This document shows positions 20,314 to 29,994 of a stretch of 64,000 nucleotides of DNA, piece by piece (the stretch's first letter is position 1; each line of letters starts with the position of its first letter). The translations under genes and the position numbers were made by a program. Under the pieces are notes generated by a model, which saw only the letters and a list, made by a program, of their open reading frames with translations, had not been told where the DNA came from and ran no database searches. This DNA comes from a virus. The stretch is from positions 77,501 to 141,500 of the IMG/VR virus record IMGVR_UViG_3300049020_000031; one strand, written 5' to 3'.

Positions 20314-21200
20314 CGATACTTCCGCAATACGGCCTCAAGTTCAAGAACCAAAGATGGTGCTCGGTCATTGGCGGTTACCAAACCATCCAATGAACCATAA
20401 TGTTCTTCCAAGCATTGCATCAACAAGTTCTTGATCCCATCTTCGTCGGGTGAGTACCGGAGCGTTGATGTGTTGTAAACCTTTTCCAGTTCAGCTTCTT
20501 TGCTCTTGGCATACTCTTCCAATTGTGTCATCGTCCATTCACCACGGCGGATGGATTTCAATTGTTCGCGAGACCGCTCGATATCGAGAGTATGTTCGGT
20601 CATGATCATTTCGGACTCGTTGATGAGTCGAACTACGTGATAGGCAAACTTCACGTCATAGCCGTATTTGGCGATGCTCTCGGCACGTTTTGGATTCGAG
20701 GAGTTTGCTTTGTCACGGATCTTCTTCATCTGTTGGTAAGCGTAACCCTTGAATTTGTGCCAGCTTCCCTTGTGGAGAAACATGTCACGATTTTCACGAA
20801 CCATCTTACCGATGTTGGTGATGTGGGTGATGCATCGATCTGGAGTGTAGAGGGAATCAACCATATTGGGGTTGTTTTCCATACACAGTTGGAAAAACTT
20901 CACGATGTTGTAGATGGTCACATCGTATTCGGTTTGACCATCTAGGCTTTTCACATGGTGTTGCTGGAATTGTTCAAAACGTGGCAGCTTGGTGCCGAAC
21001 CCCTCAACTTCACCACGAGTATGAGGGAACACGGTTCCTTTGTCTGGGATGCAGAACCCCATGATGTCCATGTCGGATGAATCGCTGCTAACACCGTAGC
21101 TCATCGAACCCGTGATGGTTTCGTATTGAACGGCGCCATTCATGAACAGTGGCGGGGCGATCAACTTTTGATCAGTGAGTTTTTGAGCTACGGAGGCCAT
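20310..21200 (-). CDS. DNA polymerase-beta superfamily nucleotidyltransferase (YcgL/RlaP-like)
   Basis: GSMSYG.S..SSDMDIMG, KFF.L...NNPN, F.GYA..Q, YDVKFAYHVVRL. Confidence 0.85.
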   Translation of the reverse strand: MASVAQKLTDQKLIAPPLFMNGAVQYETITGSMSYGVSSDSSDMDIMGFCIPDKGTVFPHTRGEVEGFGTKLPRFEQFQQHHVKSLDGQTEYDVTIYNIVKFFQLCMENNPNMVDSLYTPDRCITHITNIGKMVRENRDMFLHKGSWHKFKGYAYQQMKKIRDKANSSNPKRAESIAKYGYDVKFAYHVVRLINESEMIMTEHTLDIERSREQLKSIRRGEWTMTQLEEYAKSKEAELEKVYNTSTLRYSPDEDGIKNLLMQCLEEHYGSLDGLVTANDRAPSLVLELEAVLRKYR

Positions 21201-21233
21201 TTTGATTCCTTTGTCTATTGCATTCTATAGCCA

Positions 21234-21262
21234 ATTATATGTTCATTTGGTATATTTTGCAA
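21234..21262 (-). promoter_or_regulatory. Sigma70-like promoter with CCAAATGAA motif in spacer
   Basis: TTGCAA-17-TATAAT. Confidence 0.65.
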
Positions 21263-21359
21263 GTGTGACGTTGAAGTACAATAGAAAGACAGAAAGCCCT
21301 AGGCATTGGCAGAATCATTTCTGCCAGTCTAGAAGCTATCAATCACACAAGACCTCATG

Positions 21360-21386
21360 AAAAAGGGGAGCAACTGCTCCCCTGTT
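21360..21386. terminator. GGGGAGC hairpin terminator
   Basis: aaaaaggggagcaactgctcccctgtt. Confidence 0.75.
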
Positions 21387-21401
21387 AAATCAACGAATTT
21401 A

Positions 21402-22181
21402 TTACAATGAGTCCTTGAAAATCCGGTTAGTGATGCGTTGGAACGTTCGACCCAAATTGTTGTAGACGAATGTCGCGAACTGTACCGTGAAATCACGAAC
21501 CAGGAACCAAACAATACTGAACGGCCAGTAGATGATCCATACGGCTATGGTTGAGCTCAGGTTACTAGCCTTTGGCTTAATGGACTCCAGCAATTCTTGC
21601 GGGAGGTGGCCTCGTGGATACACTCGCTGGAAGTCGCCACCGTTCTTGATACGTTGACCAAGAGCTTGCGTTGCGCGAGCCCAAACTTCTAAATCAACCG
21701 GAATCGCCATCTTTGCCATTCCCGATGTCAGCTTGGCTACATCTTCAAACGTCAATTTGTTGGTGACTAGCCAATTAGCATGCGTGGTGGCCAGGTATTC
21801 CTGATACTCCAAAGTGAATGCATTAGCTGGAACCACGTAATCACGAAGAACAGATTGTTTGATATGTTGGAATACCTGTGAGTTGTGGCGGTTCAGCAAC
21901 ACCCAGTAAACCAAAGACCAGACCACGCCAGCGATTGCATAAAGGATCAGTTTGGCAATATTGCCAAGTTCAAAACCCGCCACGTTCCATGGTTTCAGAA
22001 GTTCTTGCAGTGGTTCCCATCGTTGGAACAAGAGAAACACCAGGATTCCAAAGAACAACATGGACCAGAATTCATGCTTCTTACGGACCAGCACAACTGA
22101 CAGCAGAGCGAAGCCGATAATAATAGGCCAGAAGAAAAAACCACCAAGAATAAAGGCGGTGAAGGTAGACATCATTTCCAT
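21402..22181 (-). CDS. Hypothetical membrane protein (paralogue of 32277-32951)
   Basis: N-terminal TMs, Y..AG..WS..YW, C-terminal WIIYWP. Confidence 0.65.
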   Translation of the reverse strand: MEMMSTFTAFILGGFFFWPIIIGFALLSVVLVRKKHEFWSMLFFGILVFLLFQRWEPLQELLKPWNVAGFELGNIAKLILYAIAGVVWSLVYWVLLNRHNSQVFQHIKQSVLRDYVVPANAFTLEYQEYLATTHANWLVTNKLTFEDVAKLTSGMAKMAIPVDLEVWARATQALGQRIKNGGDFQRVYPRGHLPQELLESIKPKASNLSSTIAVWIIYWPFSIVWFLVRDFTVQFATFVYNNLGRTFQRITNRIFKDSL

Positions 22182-22192
22182 TTTCGTTCCTT

Positions 22193-22423
22193 TCAGCGAG
22201 CTGCGATCTTCTTACGCACGTCGTGCCAGAATTTGGTGTGGAATGGATACAGCATCTGCTTCCAATGTTGGAGGACGGTGCCCCAGTTCAGATAACTGAA
22301 GACGCCATAAAGGATGATGCCGATCAGATCAATTCGAACCAGGGATCGCATCAGCATTACCGCCATGATGACTCCTAGGATAAAATTGATCCAGAAGGAT
22401 TGTTTGACTGTCAAATTGAACAT
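22193..22423 (-). CDS. Hypothetical membrane protein
   Basis: Two TM segments. Confidence 0.55.
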   Translation of the reverse strand: MFNLTVKQSFWINFILGVIMAVMLMRSLVRIDLIGIILYGVFSYLNWGTVLQHWKQMLYPFHTKFWHDVRKKIAAR

Positions 22424-22806
22424 TAGATGATCCCGTGTTTAATGAAAATCGATGTTAACATCTTTTCAAGATGTTTCACATGCCGTATTTTTCTTTTCCG
22501 CTCGTATTCGCGAATTTCTGGCGTCAAACCAACTTCAAGCTGTCCCTTTGCATGCAAATGTCGTATCAAGTTCAATCTGGTTAGATGAGTCAAGTTGGCT
22601 AAAAATCTAGCCGCACTCTGAGGTTTCGTCGTGACCATACCACATTCCGGGGCTTTGATTCCCTGCTTCTTTGCACCACCACTAAATTCAACAAACATCA
22701 GCGCACCTCTTGATTGATGGTAGACTTGAAAAGCACTGATGCTGCTAGTCCTAGCCAATTTTGATATCATAGAGGTTGAAAGTCTCTCGATCAAATAGTT
22801 CTCCAT
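22423..22806 (-). CDS. Hypothetical protein
   Basis: ORF in a coupled gene string. Confidence 0.5.
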   Translation of the reverse strand: MENYLIERLSTSMISKLARTSSISAFQVYHQSRGALMFVEFSGGAKKQGIKAPECGMVTTKPQSAARFLANLTHLTRLNLIRHLHAKGQLEVGLTPEIREYERKRKIRHVKHLEKMLTSIFIKHGII

Positions 22807-23050
22807 ATTTGTTTAGGGTGAAGATGCTAATTTGATCCATGAGATCGTCGATGAAGTCCGCCTTTGACAGATCAAGTTCACCCCGAATCGAGATAGACAA
22901 ATCAATCACTCTACCACCCACTGTGACTCCACAAACATCAACGCACCCTGATCCAGTCAAACTGAGTACGAAGTTTTTTATTTCGTAACCTAAGTTACGC
23001 AGTACGATAAAGATGGTTCGCGGCATCCACATGGCTGGAGAAAATTTCAT
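22751..23050 (-). CDS. Hypothetical protein
   Basis: ORF in a coupled gene string. Confidence 0.45.
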   Translation of the reverse strand: MKFSPAMWMPRTIFIVLRNLGYEIKNFVLSLTGSGCVDVCGVTVGGRVIDLSISIRGELDLSKADFIDDLMDQISIFTLNKYGELFDRETFNLYDIKIG

Positions 23051-23366
23051 CTCTTGGTTTCCAAATTAAACTCAAACCACGTCTTGACTGTATCTGATAT
23101 CGCCCAGAACCCAGATATTCAATTCGATAGAATATCGATTTGTAGTCATCCCTCAGATCGTTCACCATATCGTACGCTAATGAAGCTACTACGAAGGATG
23201 CACACAACAGGTAGAAGATCATTGGTGTTGGGTTCTCATGTACCTTGTCAGGAGACGACCCCAACACCGTGAAGAAAATCTGATGAACTATCATGCAAAT
23301 GATAGTGATCAATCCAATTGAATACAGATATCGCAATACCGTTGACCATTCAATTCTTGATCTCAT
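22995..23366 (-). CDS. Hypothetical membrane protein
   Basis: Start MRSRIE overlapping the previous stop; two TM segments. Confidence 0.55.
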   Translation of the reverse strand: MRSRIEWSTVLRYLYSIGLITIICMIVHQIFFTVLGSSPDKVHENPTPMIFYLLCASFVVASLAYDMVNDLRDDYKSIFYRIEYLGSGRYQIQSRRGLSLIWKPRDEIFSSHVDAANHLYRTA

Positions 23367-23572
23367 TTTGCGCTTTCTACTAAGAGTTTGAGGAACCACA
23401 TCATCACTGGCTCCTCAACCAAAACTTCCGTGAGTCCGCCTTGTGGGGATTCCTTTATCTTGTCATTGATGAATCGAACAGCTTGATTGTTCTCTGGCCC
23501 CAAGGTTTGCGCAATCTGGAGATAGGACTCAAAAGTGGAGTCTCTGCCATCTAGTAGTTTCAATAACGTCAT
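23363..23572 (-). CDS. Hypothetical protein (tandem paralogue of 23569-23775)
   Basis: ST...Y......GPE...A..F...KI.ESP.G...EV. Confidence 0.65.
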   Translation of the reverse strand: MTLLKLLDGRDSTFESYLQIAQTLGPENNQAVRFINDKIKESPQGGLTEVLVEEPVMMWFLKLLVESAK

Positions 23573-23775
23573 GCCGCTTCACCCCGCATTTGATGCATGA
23601 TGAGATGCATCATTTGACTTTCATCGGCGATCACCTCTTCATCACGGCCATTCGGACTCTCGGCAATCTTGACATCAAAGAACTTGGTTGCTTTCGACTC
23701 CGGACCGAAGAGAGCGTTGCAGTAATCACGATACACACCGAGGGTAGAAAGTTCGCCAGTCGAGAGAAGCTTCAT
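23569..23775 (-). CDS. Hypothetical protein (tandem paralogue of 23363-23572)
   Basis: STLGVY...FGPESKATKFFDVKIAESPNGRDEEVIADESQM. Confidence 0.7.
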   Translation of the reverse strand: MKLLSTGELSTLGVYRDYCNALFGPESKATKFFDVKIAESPNGRDEEVIADESQMMHLIMHQMRGEAA

Positions 23776-23784
23776 GATGACCTC

Positions 23785-23979
23785 TTATTCGTAGTGTGCC
23801 CGGAAGCGAGTGAGATCTTCTTCGCTGAGCTTTCCCCCGTCCCAGTCCAGAATGCCCAGGTTGAAATCAATCTGCCACTGATGTTCTTCAGTCAGATTGA
23901 AGTAATCCTTGGGGCGACGAAACGACTTTTCGAACATTTCACGTTGTTGATCTCGTACGGGATTCACATCAGCTGTCAT
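23785..23979 (-). CDS. Hypothetical protein
   Basis: AAGGAG SD. Confidence 0.65.
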   Translation of the reverse strand: MTADVNPVRDQQREMFEKSFRRPKDYFNLTEEHQWQIDFNLGILDWDGGKLSEEDLTRFRAHYE

Positions 23980-24062
23980 ATTTTCACTCCTTTAAAGTTC
24001 ATTCTAACATGGCATAAGGTGCCCATTACGAGCACCAAATGAATAATTGGGGTCAATTCATG

Positions 24063-24092
24063 TCAAGTTCCTCAAAATCTACCTGGAGATTC
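24063..24092. repeat. Dispersed 30-bp repeat, copy 2
   Basis: tcaagttcctcaaaatctacctggagattc. Confidence 0.85.
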
Positions 24093-24166
24093 AGGGGAGC
24101 TTGCGACCAATCCCATTGAATATTGCTTGTAGGAACCTGGAACGAAGTGACAAATCCCATCATATC

Positions 24167-24223
24167 TTCGTGAAGAAGTTCGTGAAGAAGTTCGTGAAGA
24201 AGTTCGTGAAGAAGTTCGTGAAG
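24167..24223. repeat. Tandem repeat of 12-bp unit TTCGTGAAGAAG, about 4.75 copies
   Basis: Directly visible perfect repeats. Confidence 0.95.
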
Positions 24224-24229
24224 GATTGT

Positions 24230-24562
24230 CTATTTCTTCTCATTCATCCATAGCCACAATGACTCATGTCGAACGATCAGATCACGTAACAGTAATTCCA
24301 CAGCATCATCAGGATTCTTAAACAGAACCAATCTGGACACGGAGGGATGAGACTTGAACAAAATCTTACTCTGCCAATCCAGGAGATTCTCCTTTATCAA
24401 TTCCTTGATAGTAGAGGATTCACCATTACTGCTATTCACCAGGAATACGTATTTGAAGTCTGGGTTAATCGTCTGAATATCCCCCAGACGATCCACTGTC
24501 TCCATATAGAAATCAGGGTTGTTAGTAACATACCGGATTAGATCATCAATGGTTTCCATGTT
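24230..24562 (-). CDS. Hypothetical protein (tandem paralogue triplet)
   Basis: TI..LI.Y...NPDF..VFL....VLFKNPDDAVELLL; start approximate. Confidence 0.6.
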   Translation of the reverse strand, partial: NMETIDDLIRYVTNNPDFYMETVDRLGDIQTINPDFKYVFLVNSSNGESSTIKELIKENLLDWQSKILFKSHPSVSRLVLFKNPDDAVELLLRDLIVRHESLWLWMNEKK

Positions 24563-24911
24563 GTTCCTTAACCCAAGTCTCCAAAACTTGATACGGTTCG
24601 ATGGCATCTAGGAGGATCAGATCCAAGGCGTCATCATCTTCCCTTACCAATACCGCCCTACAAATCTCTTGGTATTTGGACAATCGGATTCGGTCCATCC
24701 ACCGATCACCTAGATGCTCTATCAATTGATCTCGACTCTTAGCGATCGACGCCTTATCAGTTTTTCCCTTGATCAGGAAGATTTTCGGAAAGCCCTCGTT
24801 TTCATTCATCATCTCAATCAATTTCTGATTGAGAGAATGGGCAGGCTGCAACCCAGATGATGGATTCGTAGTCCAGTCGATTGCTTGTTGAATAGTTGCC
24901 ATGATCAACAC
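24546..24911 (-). CDS. Hypothetical protein (tandem paralogue triplet)
   Basis: NEGFPKIFLIK...HLGDRW.DRIRL...VLVREDDDALDLILL. Confidence 0.65.
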   Translation of the reverse strand: MLIMATIQQAIDWTTNPSSGLQPAHSLNQKLIEMMNENEGFPKIFLIKGKTDKASIAKSRDQLIEHLGDRWMDRIRLSKYQEICRAVLVREDDDALDLILLDAIEPYQVLETWVKEQHGNH

Positions 24912-25255
24912 TCATTAAAAGATGTAATGTATCCTAGGAGGAATAGATCTACGGCATCATCATCCTCTCTTAGCAGTATGACTTTGCCAATCTCCGCATA
25001 TCCACCTAAGCGAATCCTCTCACTCCAATTCTCACCCAAGTATTCCTTTATCAGACTTCGGATTTCCCCGGTGTTTAATTCATCGTGGTCCTTGATTACC
25101 AGGAATCGTGGAAATTCCGGATTGGCATCTCGGAAAGTTTCCAAACACAACTTATTTGACGAAGCAGGCTCTCCCTGCCCCTCCAAATATTTAATCACTT
25201 GATGGATCGTTGTGACTTTATTTGAAGTCGCTGTCATAGACTGGCAATTCACCAT
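24905..25255 (-). CDS. Hypothetical protein (tandem paralogue triplet)
   Basis: NPEFPRFLVIK...YLGENWSERIRL...ILLREDDDAVDLFLL. Confidence 0.65.
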   Translation of the reverse strand: MVNCQSMTATSNKVTTIHQVIKYLEGQGEPASSNKLCLETFRDANPEFPRFLVIKDHDELNTGEIRSLIKEYLGENWSERIRLGGYAEIGKVILLREDDDAVDLFLLGYITSFNEC

Positions 25256-26039
25256 TAAACAGGATATTGACGCCTGAATTAGTGTGCTTACCCAACCAGA
25301 TATCCATAGATTCCACGCTGGAACGAATTACTTCCTTGGGGTGAATCTCCAAGTTCCTTGTTGGGATCTTTGCCATTTCTTCATCCGTCAATGGTCTCAG
25401 AGTCCGTACTTTCTTCACAAAGGTTCCTCGTTTGAATCCCGGTGGGTAGTCGTTGAAGTTGATACCCTTCTCGGACCACATACGTTCTTGCATCTGAGGG
25501 CCCTTCAGTCCACTGAGGCTCTTGTGCGTGAACATACTCTGGGCAGCCATGGATATGGCGTTCTTCGTGCAGTCTTGTTGACGCCAAAGGAAAGCATTGT
25601 ATGCTTCAACCAGAGTCGGGGTGCTGAATGCTCGTGCGTCAAAGGTTGGCAACAGGTGGGCTTTTTCAGGAATCCGTTCAGCCAATTTGGTGGCGAAGAA
25701 CACTGAACAGAATGCCGCAGTCAGGGACTCGATCTTTTGCAACCGACCCTTGAACGGGTATTCTGAATCTGAATTGGTTTCGTGATACCAAGCCAACGTG
25801 ATCTCGTCACTTTGGCAGTACCCCACTGATGCGTGGAATCGGTCAACCAAGGCCTTAGTGGTATCAACCATGAGGTCTGACAGCCTCTGATCATACGGAC
25901 GCGCCAGCCCCTTGGTAAACGTGTGGAAGCTCTTACCATCCAGGCGGACAACAAGTGGCTGACCCTTAAATGCAACCCGACTCGTGGTCGGTGCTTCGTA
26001 CGATTTCATGCGATCGCCGAAGTCATCACTGTGACTCAT
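25218..26039 (-). CDS. tRNA(His) guanylyltransferase Thg1-like protein
   Basis: RMKSYE, VRLDGKSFHTFT, YCQSDEITL, FDAR, WRQQDCTKNAI, FKRG. Confidence 0.93.
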   Translation of the reverse strand: MSHSDDFGDRMKSYEAPTTSRVAFKGQPLVVRLDGKSFHTFTKGLARPYDQRLSDLMVDTTKALVDRFHASVGYCQSDEITLAWYHETNSDSEYPFKGRLQKIESLTAAFCSVFFATKLAERIPEKAHLLPTFDARAFSTPTLVEAYNAFLWRQQDCTKNAISMAAQSMFTHKSLSGLKGPQMQERMWSEKGINFNDYPPGFKRGTFVKKVRTLRPLTDEEMAKIPTRNLEIHPKEVIRSSVESMDIWLGKHTNSGVNILFNGELPVYDSDFK

Positions 26040-26187
26040 ATTTCATTCCTTTGAATTGCTCCCCTGGGTTACTCACCAAGATATAATGGAGCGTCTGGCG
26101 TTATTGCCAGAAGATCATTCTACAGTAAATATTTCCACCATCTGGTAAATATTCATGTTATCATATGATTTTTAAGGAACGAACCCA

Positions 26188-26433
26188 ATGCCTAATCCCA
26201 CCTACAGTATGGTTGAATTTAAACCACGGAAAGCTCCTTGGGGATTCAAAGTTCGAGTTGATGGGGCGAATCTGTTCCACGTCAGTGGATTGATTCAAAT
26301 GGCGACGGGTCCTAACCCGGGTGATCTGCTGGTCGTTGAATTGATGACTGAAGGATATAACAAATGGGCTACTGTTATCCTCTATGTGCATGACGCCGAT
26401 CTGGCATCAAGTTTGCGTCAACTGATGGAATGA
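26188..26433 (+). CDS. Hypothetical protein
   Basis: AAGGA SD; followed by the hairpin tgacccccatggggtca. Confidence 0.55.
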   Translation: MPNPTYSMVEFKPRKAPWGFKVRVDGANLFHVSGLIQMATGPNPGDLLVVELMTEGYNKWATVILYVHDADLASSLRQLME

Positions 26434-26444
26434 CCCCCATGGGG

Positions 26445-26723
26445 TCATTGAGGCCTTGCTTGGATAAGCCTCAGAAAAACGTTGTATTGAGAATCGTATT
26501 GATCGCTACATGTTATATAAAAGATGCGATTCTCTCCAGTAATACTTTCATAATCCCAAAGCCGAACGCCAATTGCATCTGAACTTTCGGACCTGTACAG
26601 TTTTATTATGATAAAGAACTTGAGAGAGATAGTTTGAACTTCATCACCAACCTGGGGGATCCAACCACCATTGAGTCTTAGAGTTTCGATCCTCCACTCT
26701 TTCTCAATGGTGGTTATCTTCAT
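26445..26723 (-). CDS. Hypothetical protein
   Basis: 92 aa ORF. Confidence 0.5.
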   Translation of the reverse strand: MKITTIEKEWRIETLRLNGGWIPQVGDEVQTISLKFFIIIKLYRSESSDAIGVRLWDYESITGENRIFYITCSDQYDSQYNVFLRLIQARPQ

Positions 26724-26909
26724 GCTTGGGGTGCTGGTGGACCCACGAATTCTGTCGGTGCCGGCTCCAGGGGATTGTCCACGTAATCGACATTGGAATC
26801 AGGATCGCCCCCGCCACATGCCACGAGGAAAGCACATACCAGGCCAATCAGGGTCATCTTACCAATGTTCATTTCTCACTCCAGTTAATTATGGTGTGCC
26901 AGTATAACA

Positions 26910-27290
26910 TCATTTGGTGGGATCTTGAGATTTTTCAACTAGAAGTCTGTGAACAATCAATGATTCACGAAAAGAAAAAGGACCATATACATTTTCTCTA
27001 TCGAGGACTTTCCCGACAAACCACCCCACGTCAGTCTCCTGCATACCCTCACCCATTATCACATAACTTTCAGGGTACCAGTTGTCGTTAAAGTTGATCA
27101 AGTATCTGACGTCAAGGCCCTGTATTGGGGTGGTGTCAAATGAACGACGAAACGTATACGCCACAGATTCAGTGATCTTGAGAACGCATTGACCGCTGGG
27201 ATTATCATCCACAGAAAAGTTCCTTGAGATTGTTGTGGCGATATCTCGTTGAACCATCACTGTATGTGATGCGGGTACGATTGACTTCAA
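26910..27290 (-). CDS. Hypothetical protein
   Basis: ORF; start uncertain. Confidence 0.45.
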   Translation of the reverse strand: MKSIVPASHTVMVQRDIATTISRNFSVDDNPSGQCVLKITESVAYTFRRSFDTTPIQGLDVRYLINFNDNWYPESYVIMGEGMQETDVGWFVGKVLDRENVYGPFSFRESLIVHRLLVEKSQDPTK

Positions 27291-27525
27291 ACTCCTTACC
27301 CACTAGAGCTTTTGTCTTCCAGTTACTACACCGCTTCGATACGTAAATGTCCTGGTATACCTGACCGTTGGAATCAGTGAAGGTCGCGTATGCGCGCTTT
27401 GGTGGCTTGAAACCAGTTAAGGTTAGTGTTACCGTTTCGTTGAAACCAGAAACTTCTTCTGGCCCTTTGCTGCACCCGGCAACCAGAACGGCCAAAACCA
27501 GGGCGGTGACAATACTCTTCTTCAT
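27205..27525 (-). CDS. Putative lipoprotein
   Basis: MKKSIVTALVLAVLVAG-C lipobox; AGGA SD. Confidence 0.75.
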   Translation of the reverse strand: MKKSIVTALVLAVLVAGCSKGPEEVSGFNETVTLTLTGFKPPKRAYATFTDSNGQVYQDIYVSKRCSNWKTKALVGKEFEVNRTRITYSDGSTRYRHNNLKELFCG

Positions 27526-27582
27526 TTGATATCCTGTAAAGTTGATAAAGCCATTATACAACCAACCGCATCAAATGATTCG

Positions 27583-27834
27583 TTATTTCAAACGAACAAC
27601 ATCTTCAACAACTAGGGTAGAGATCTTGAGTTCTTTGTGATGCGCATCCCAAGTCTGCCAATACAGTTCTGCGAACAATTCCCGAAGTTCATCGATGTTG
27701 GTCTTATCAAATTCAACGTTGTACGGCACGGTGAGTTTCACATTGTCACCGTCGATTGTCTTCCCCCTGACTACGATGTGAATCTTGTAGTCGGGCAGGA
27801 AGCGTTTGAAGAACTTGATAAGACTCATAGTCAT
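27583..27834 (-). CDS. Hypothetical protein
   Basis: Likely start near MTMSLIK. Confidence 0.5.
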   Translation of the reverse strand: MTMSLIKFFKRFLPDYKIHIVVRGKTIDGDNVKLTVPYNVEFDKTNIDELRELFAELYWQTWDAHHKELKISTLVVEDVVRLK

Positions 27835-27835
27835 A

Positions 27836-28123
27836 TTAGCCCTTAGGAATACCACCCTCGTCACCTTCCCGGTCATCAACTGGTATTTCGCCGCGCCCCA
27901 ATGGGGTCGAAAAGACTGTAACCACGTATTTGTTCCCACACAACTGGCAGGGCTTACCATTGAGCATACTCGCGTGACCGCAAGTTTCTTTCGTGTATGA
28001 ATTCCATTTCGTTACCGCGTCATTCGGAAATGAGTGATAGCCGTATCCATGCGTAGGGAGCTCACTATCCTTGTGGAGCCAATAAAGATATTTAGGTTTT
28101 GAATGATTTGTGGTATCGCTCAT
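27836..28123 (-). CDS. Hypothetical protein with CxH/CxxC zinc-finger-like motif
   Basis: ETCGH....PCQLCG. Confidence 0.5.
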   Translation of the reverse strand: MSDTTNHSKPKYLYWLHKDSELPTHGYGYHSFPNDAVTKWNSYTKETCGHASMLNGKPCQLCGNKYVVTVFSTPLGRGEIPVDDREGDEGGIPKG

Positions 28124-28177
28124 GATCTTAGTAGGTGTTTGATGAAAGTTCATAATGACGTTAAACAAGAACTGTTA

Positions 28178-29404
28178 TTAACCCTTAACGCAGAGTACCG
28201 CCTTCAGAGTTTCCACCGTATCGACCAGATCAGTTTGGTTGGCCATCACTTGATCGATCGACTTGTAGGCTGATGGAATTTCGTCCAACACACCGTCATC
28301 CTTACGACATTCAACACCAGCGGTCTGAGCTTCCAGATCAGCCAAGTTGAACAGCTTGCGAGCTTGGTTGCGAGAATGAACTCGACCAGCACCATGACTG
28401 CAAGAACAGTAGGCTTCGTGGTTACCCTTACCCTTCACGATGTAGCTCTTTTGTCCCATCGATCCAGGGATAATTCCCATTTGACCAACCTTTGCCTGGA
28501 TTGCTCCCTTACGAGTAACCCAGGTTTCTTCACCGAAGTGATCTTCCAAGGAAGTGAAGTTGTGGTGGCAGTTGATGATCTCACCAACCACCTTCATGTT
28601 GGCAAACTTCGTGCGCAAAACTGCCAACACTAGGTTCATCATGGTGTCACGATTGAATCGAGCGTAGTCTTGTGCCCAGTGCATTGCCGTGATATAGTCA
28701 TCGAAGTCTTGCGTACCTTCATCCAACCAAGCAAGATCCTTATCTGGGAGACCCCAGTCACGTTGTGCTGCTTGAGCCTTTGCCATCTCGATAGCCACAG
28801 TACCGATTTGATTTCCGATACCACGTGAACCACTGTGCAGCATCACCCACACGCATGAGTTGGCATCCAGACACAGCTCGATGAAGTGATTACCACCACC
28901 AAGAGTTCCGATCTGACGGCCGATCTTGTTGATATCGGCGCGTCCCAGACGCTCCTTGAGCGCAAGCTGATCGAATGAATCCATGGTCTTACGCAGGTTC
29001 TTTCGCAGAACATCAGCGTAAGGGCCAGTCACGGTTGGGATACCAGCCTTGTGCTCGTTGAAGCCAACTGGAACATCACGTTCAATCGCGTTGCGGAGAG
29101 AAAACAGGGAGTCAGGCAGATCTTCTGCCATCAGGTTGGTCTTTGCTGCGATCATCCCACAGCCGATATCAACACCCACGGCAGCGGGGATGATAGCTGA
29201 ACGAGTAGCAATCACGGAACCAACAGTGGAACCCTTACCAGCATGAACGTCTGGCATAACAGCCACACCATTGGGTGCAATGATAGGCAGGCTTGCCAGA
29301 TTACGCAGTTGCTCCAGAGCCGAGTCTTCGATCTGTGGAGAACCATCTGCATTCACGCCCACCCATGCCTTAATGGGGTGGGTTCCTTGATTGATTGTGA
29401 TCAT
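28178..29404 (-). CDS. rtcB: RNA-splicing/repair ligase RtcB
   Basis: MPDVHAGKG, GVDIGCG, GTLGGGNHFIE, HSGSRG, CHHN, RKGA, IPGSMG, SCSHGAGR, DEIPSAYK, final VKG. Confidence 0.96.
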   Translation of the reverse strand: MITINQGTHPIKAWVGVNADGSPQIEDSALEQLRNLASLPIIAPNGVAVMPDVHAGKGSTVGSVIATRSAIIPAAVGVDIGCGMIAAKTNLMAEDLPDSLFSLRNAIERDVPVGFNEHKAGIPTVTGPYADVLRKNLRKTMDSFDQLALKERLGRADINKIGRQIGTLGGGNHFIELCLDANSCVWVMLHSGSRGIGNQIGTVAIEMAKAQAAQRDWGLPDKDLAWLDEGTQDFDDYITAMHWAQDYARFNRDTMMNLVLAVLRTKFANMKVVGEIINCHHNFTSLEDHFGEETWVTRKGAIQAKVGQMGIIPGSMGQKSYIVKGKGNHEAYCSCSHGAGRVHSRNQARKLFNLADLEAQTAGVECRKDDGVLDEIPSAYKSIDQVMANQTDLVDTVETLKAVLCVKG

Positions 29405-29431
29405 TCATGCTCCTCGTTTAATGATGGAATC

Positions 29432-29460
29432 ATTATACATTCAAATGAATGACTTGGTAA
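29432..29460 (-). promoter_or_regulatory. Sigma70-like promoter with TTCATTTG in spacer
   Basis: TTACCA-17-TATAAT upstream of rtcB. Confidence 0.55.
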
Positions 29461-29478
29461 CACCTTGAGAAAAATATT

Positions 29479-29994
29479 TCAATCGTATATTGCCAAGAAT
29501 TTTCCGGGGCGCATTTTATCAAGAAGATACAAACGCTCCCAGCATTCAAATTGAACTGAATCGTGAGTTACAATTTGTTTCTTCACCAAATCCCGCAGCC
29601 CATCCAAATAATTGAATTCACGTTGATAGTCATCATTGAAGCTGGCAATCTTCCTCGCCAGGTAACCCGCTGGTTTGCCCGTCAATATGATTTGAACCAT
29701 CGCTTGATCGGTATTATCAAATGGTCCAATCTCTGGAGGTTTTACACCATGAGTTGCGTTAAATTCACGAGTGTATGTTCCCATAATGTACCAACCATCA
29801 GAGTATTTCATCATACAAACTCTGAAGTCTTCTACTGAATAGAGAAGTTCCAATTCAACACCGAATGAACTCTTCTCCACCAGAATAGCCAAGTCCTCAT
29901 ATCCGGGTTTGCGATCGCCCGCCCACCAAGAACCGTGAGCGTTCTTTGTAAAGTAGGACGTATCGACGTGCTTGATTTCTCGATGCAGTTTCAT
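29479..29994 (-). CDS. Hypothetical protein (GPF paralogue cluster)
   Basis: IGPFDNTDQAMVQIILTG. Confidence 0.65.
   Translation of the reverse strand: MKLHREIKHVDTSYFTKNAHGSWWAGDRKPGYEDLAILVEKSSFGVELELLYSVEDFRVCMMKYSDGWYIMGTYTREFNATHGVKPPEIGPFDNTDQAMVQIILTGKPAGYLARKIASFNDDYQREFNYLDGLRDLVKKQIVTHDSVQFECWERLYLLDKMRPGKFLAIYD

Noticed and set aside
24167-24223. CRISPR array
   Set aside because: Contiguous 12-bp units with no spacers.
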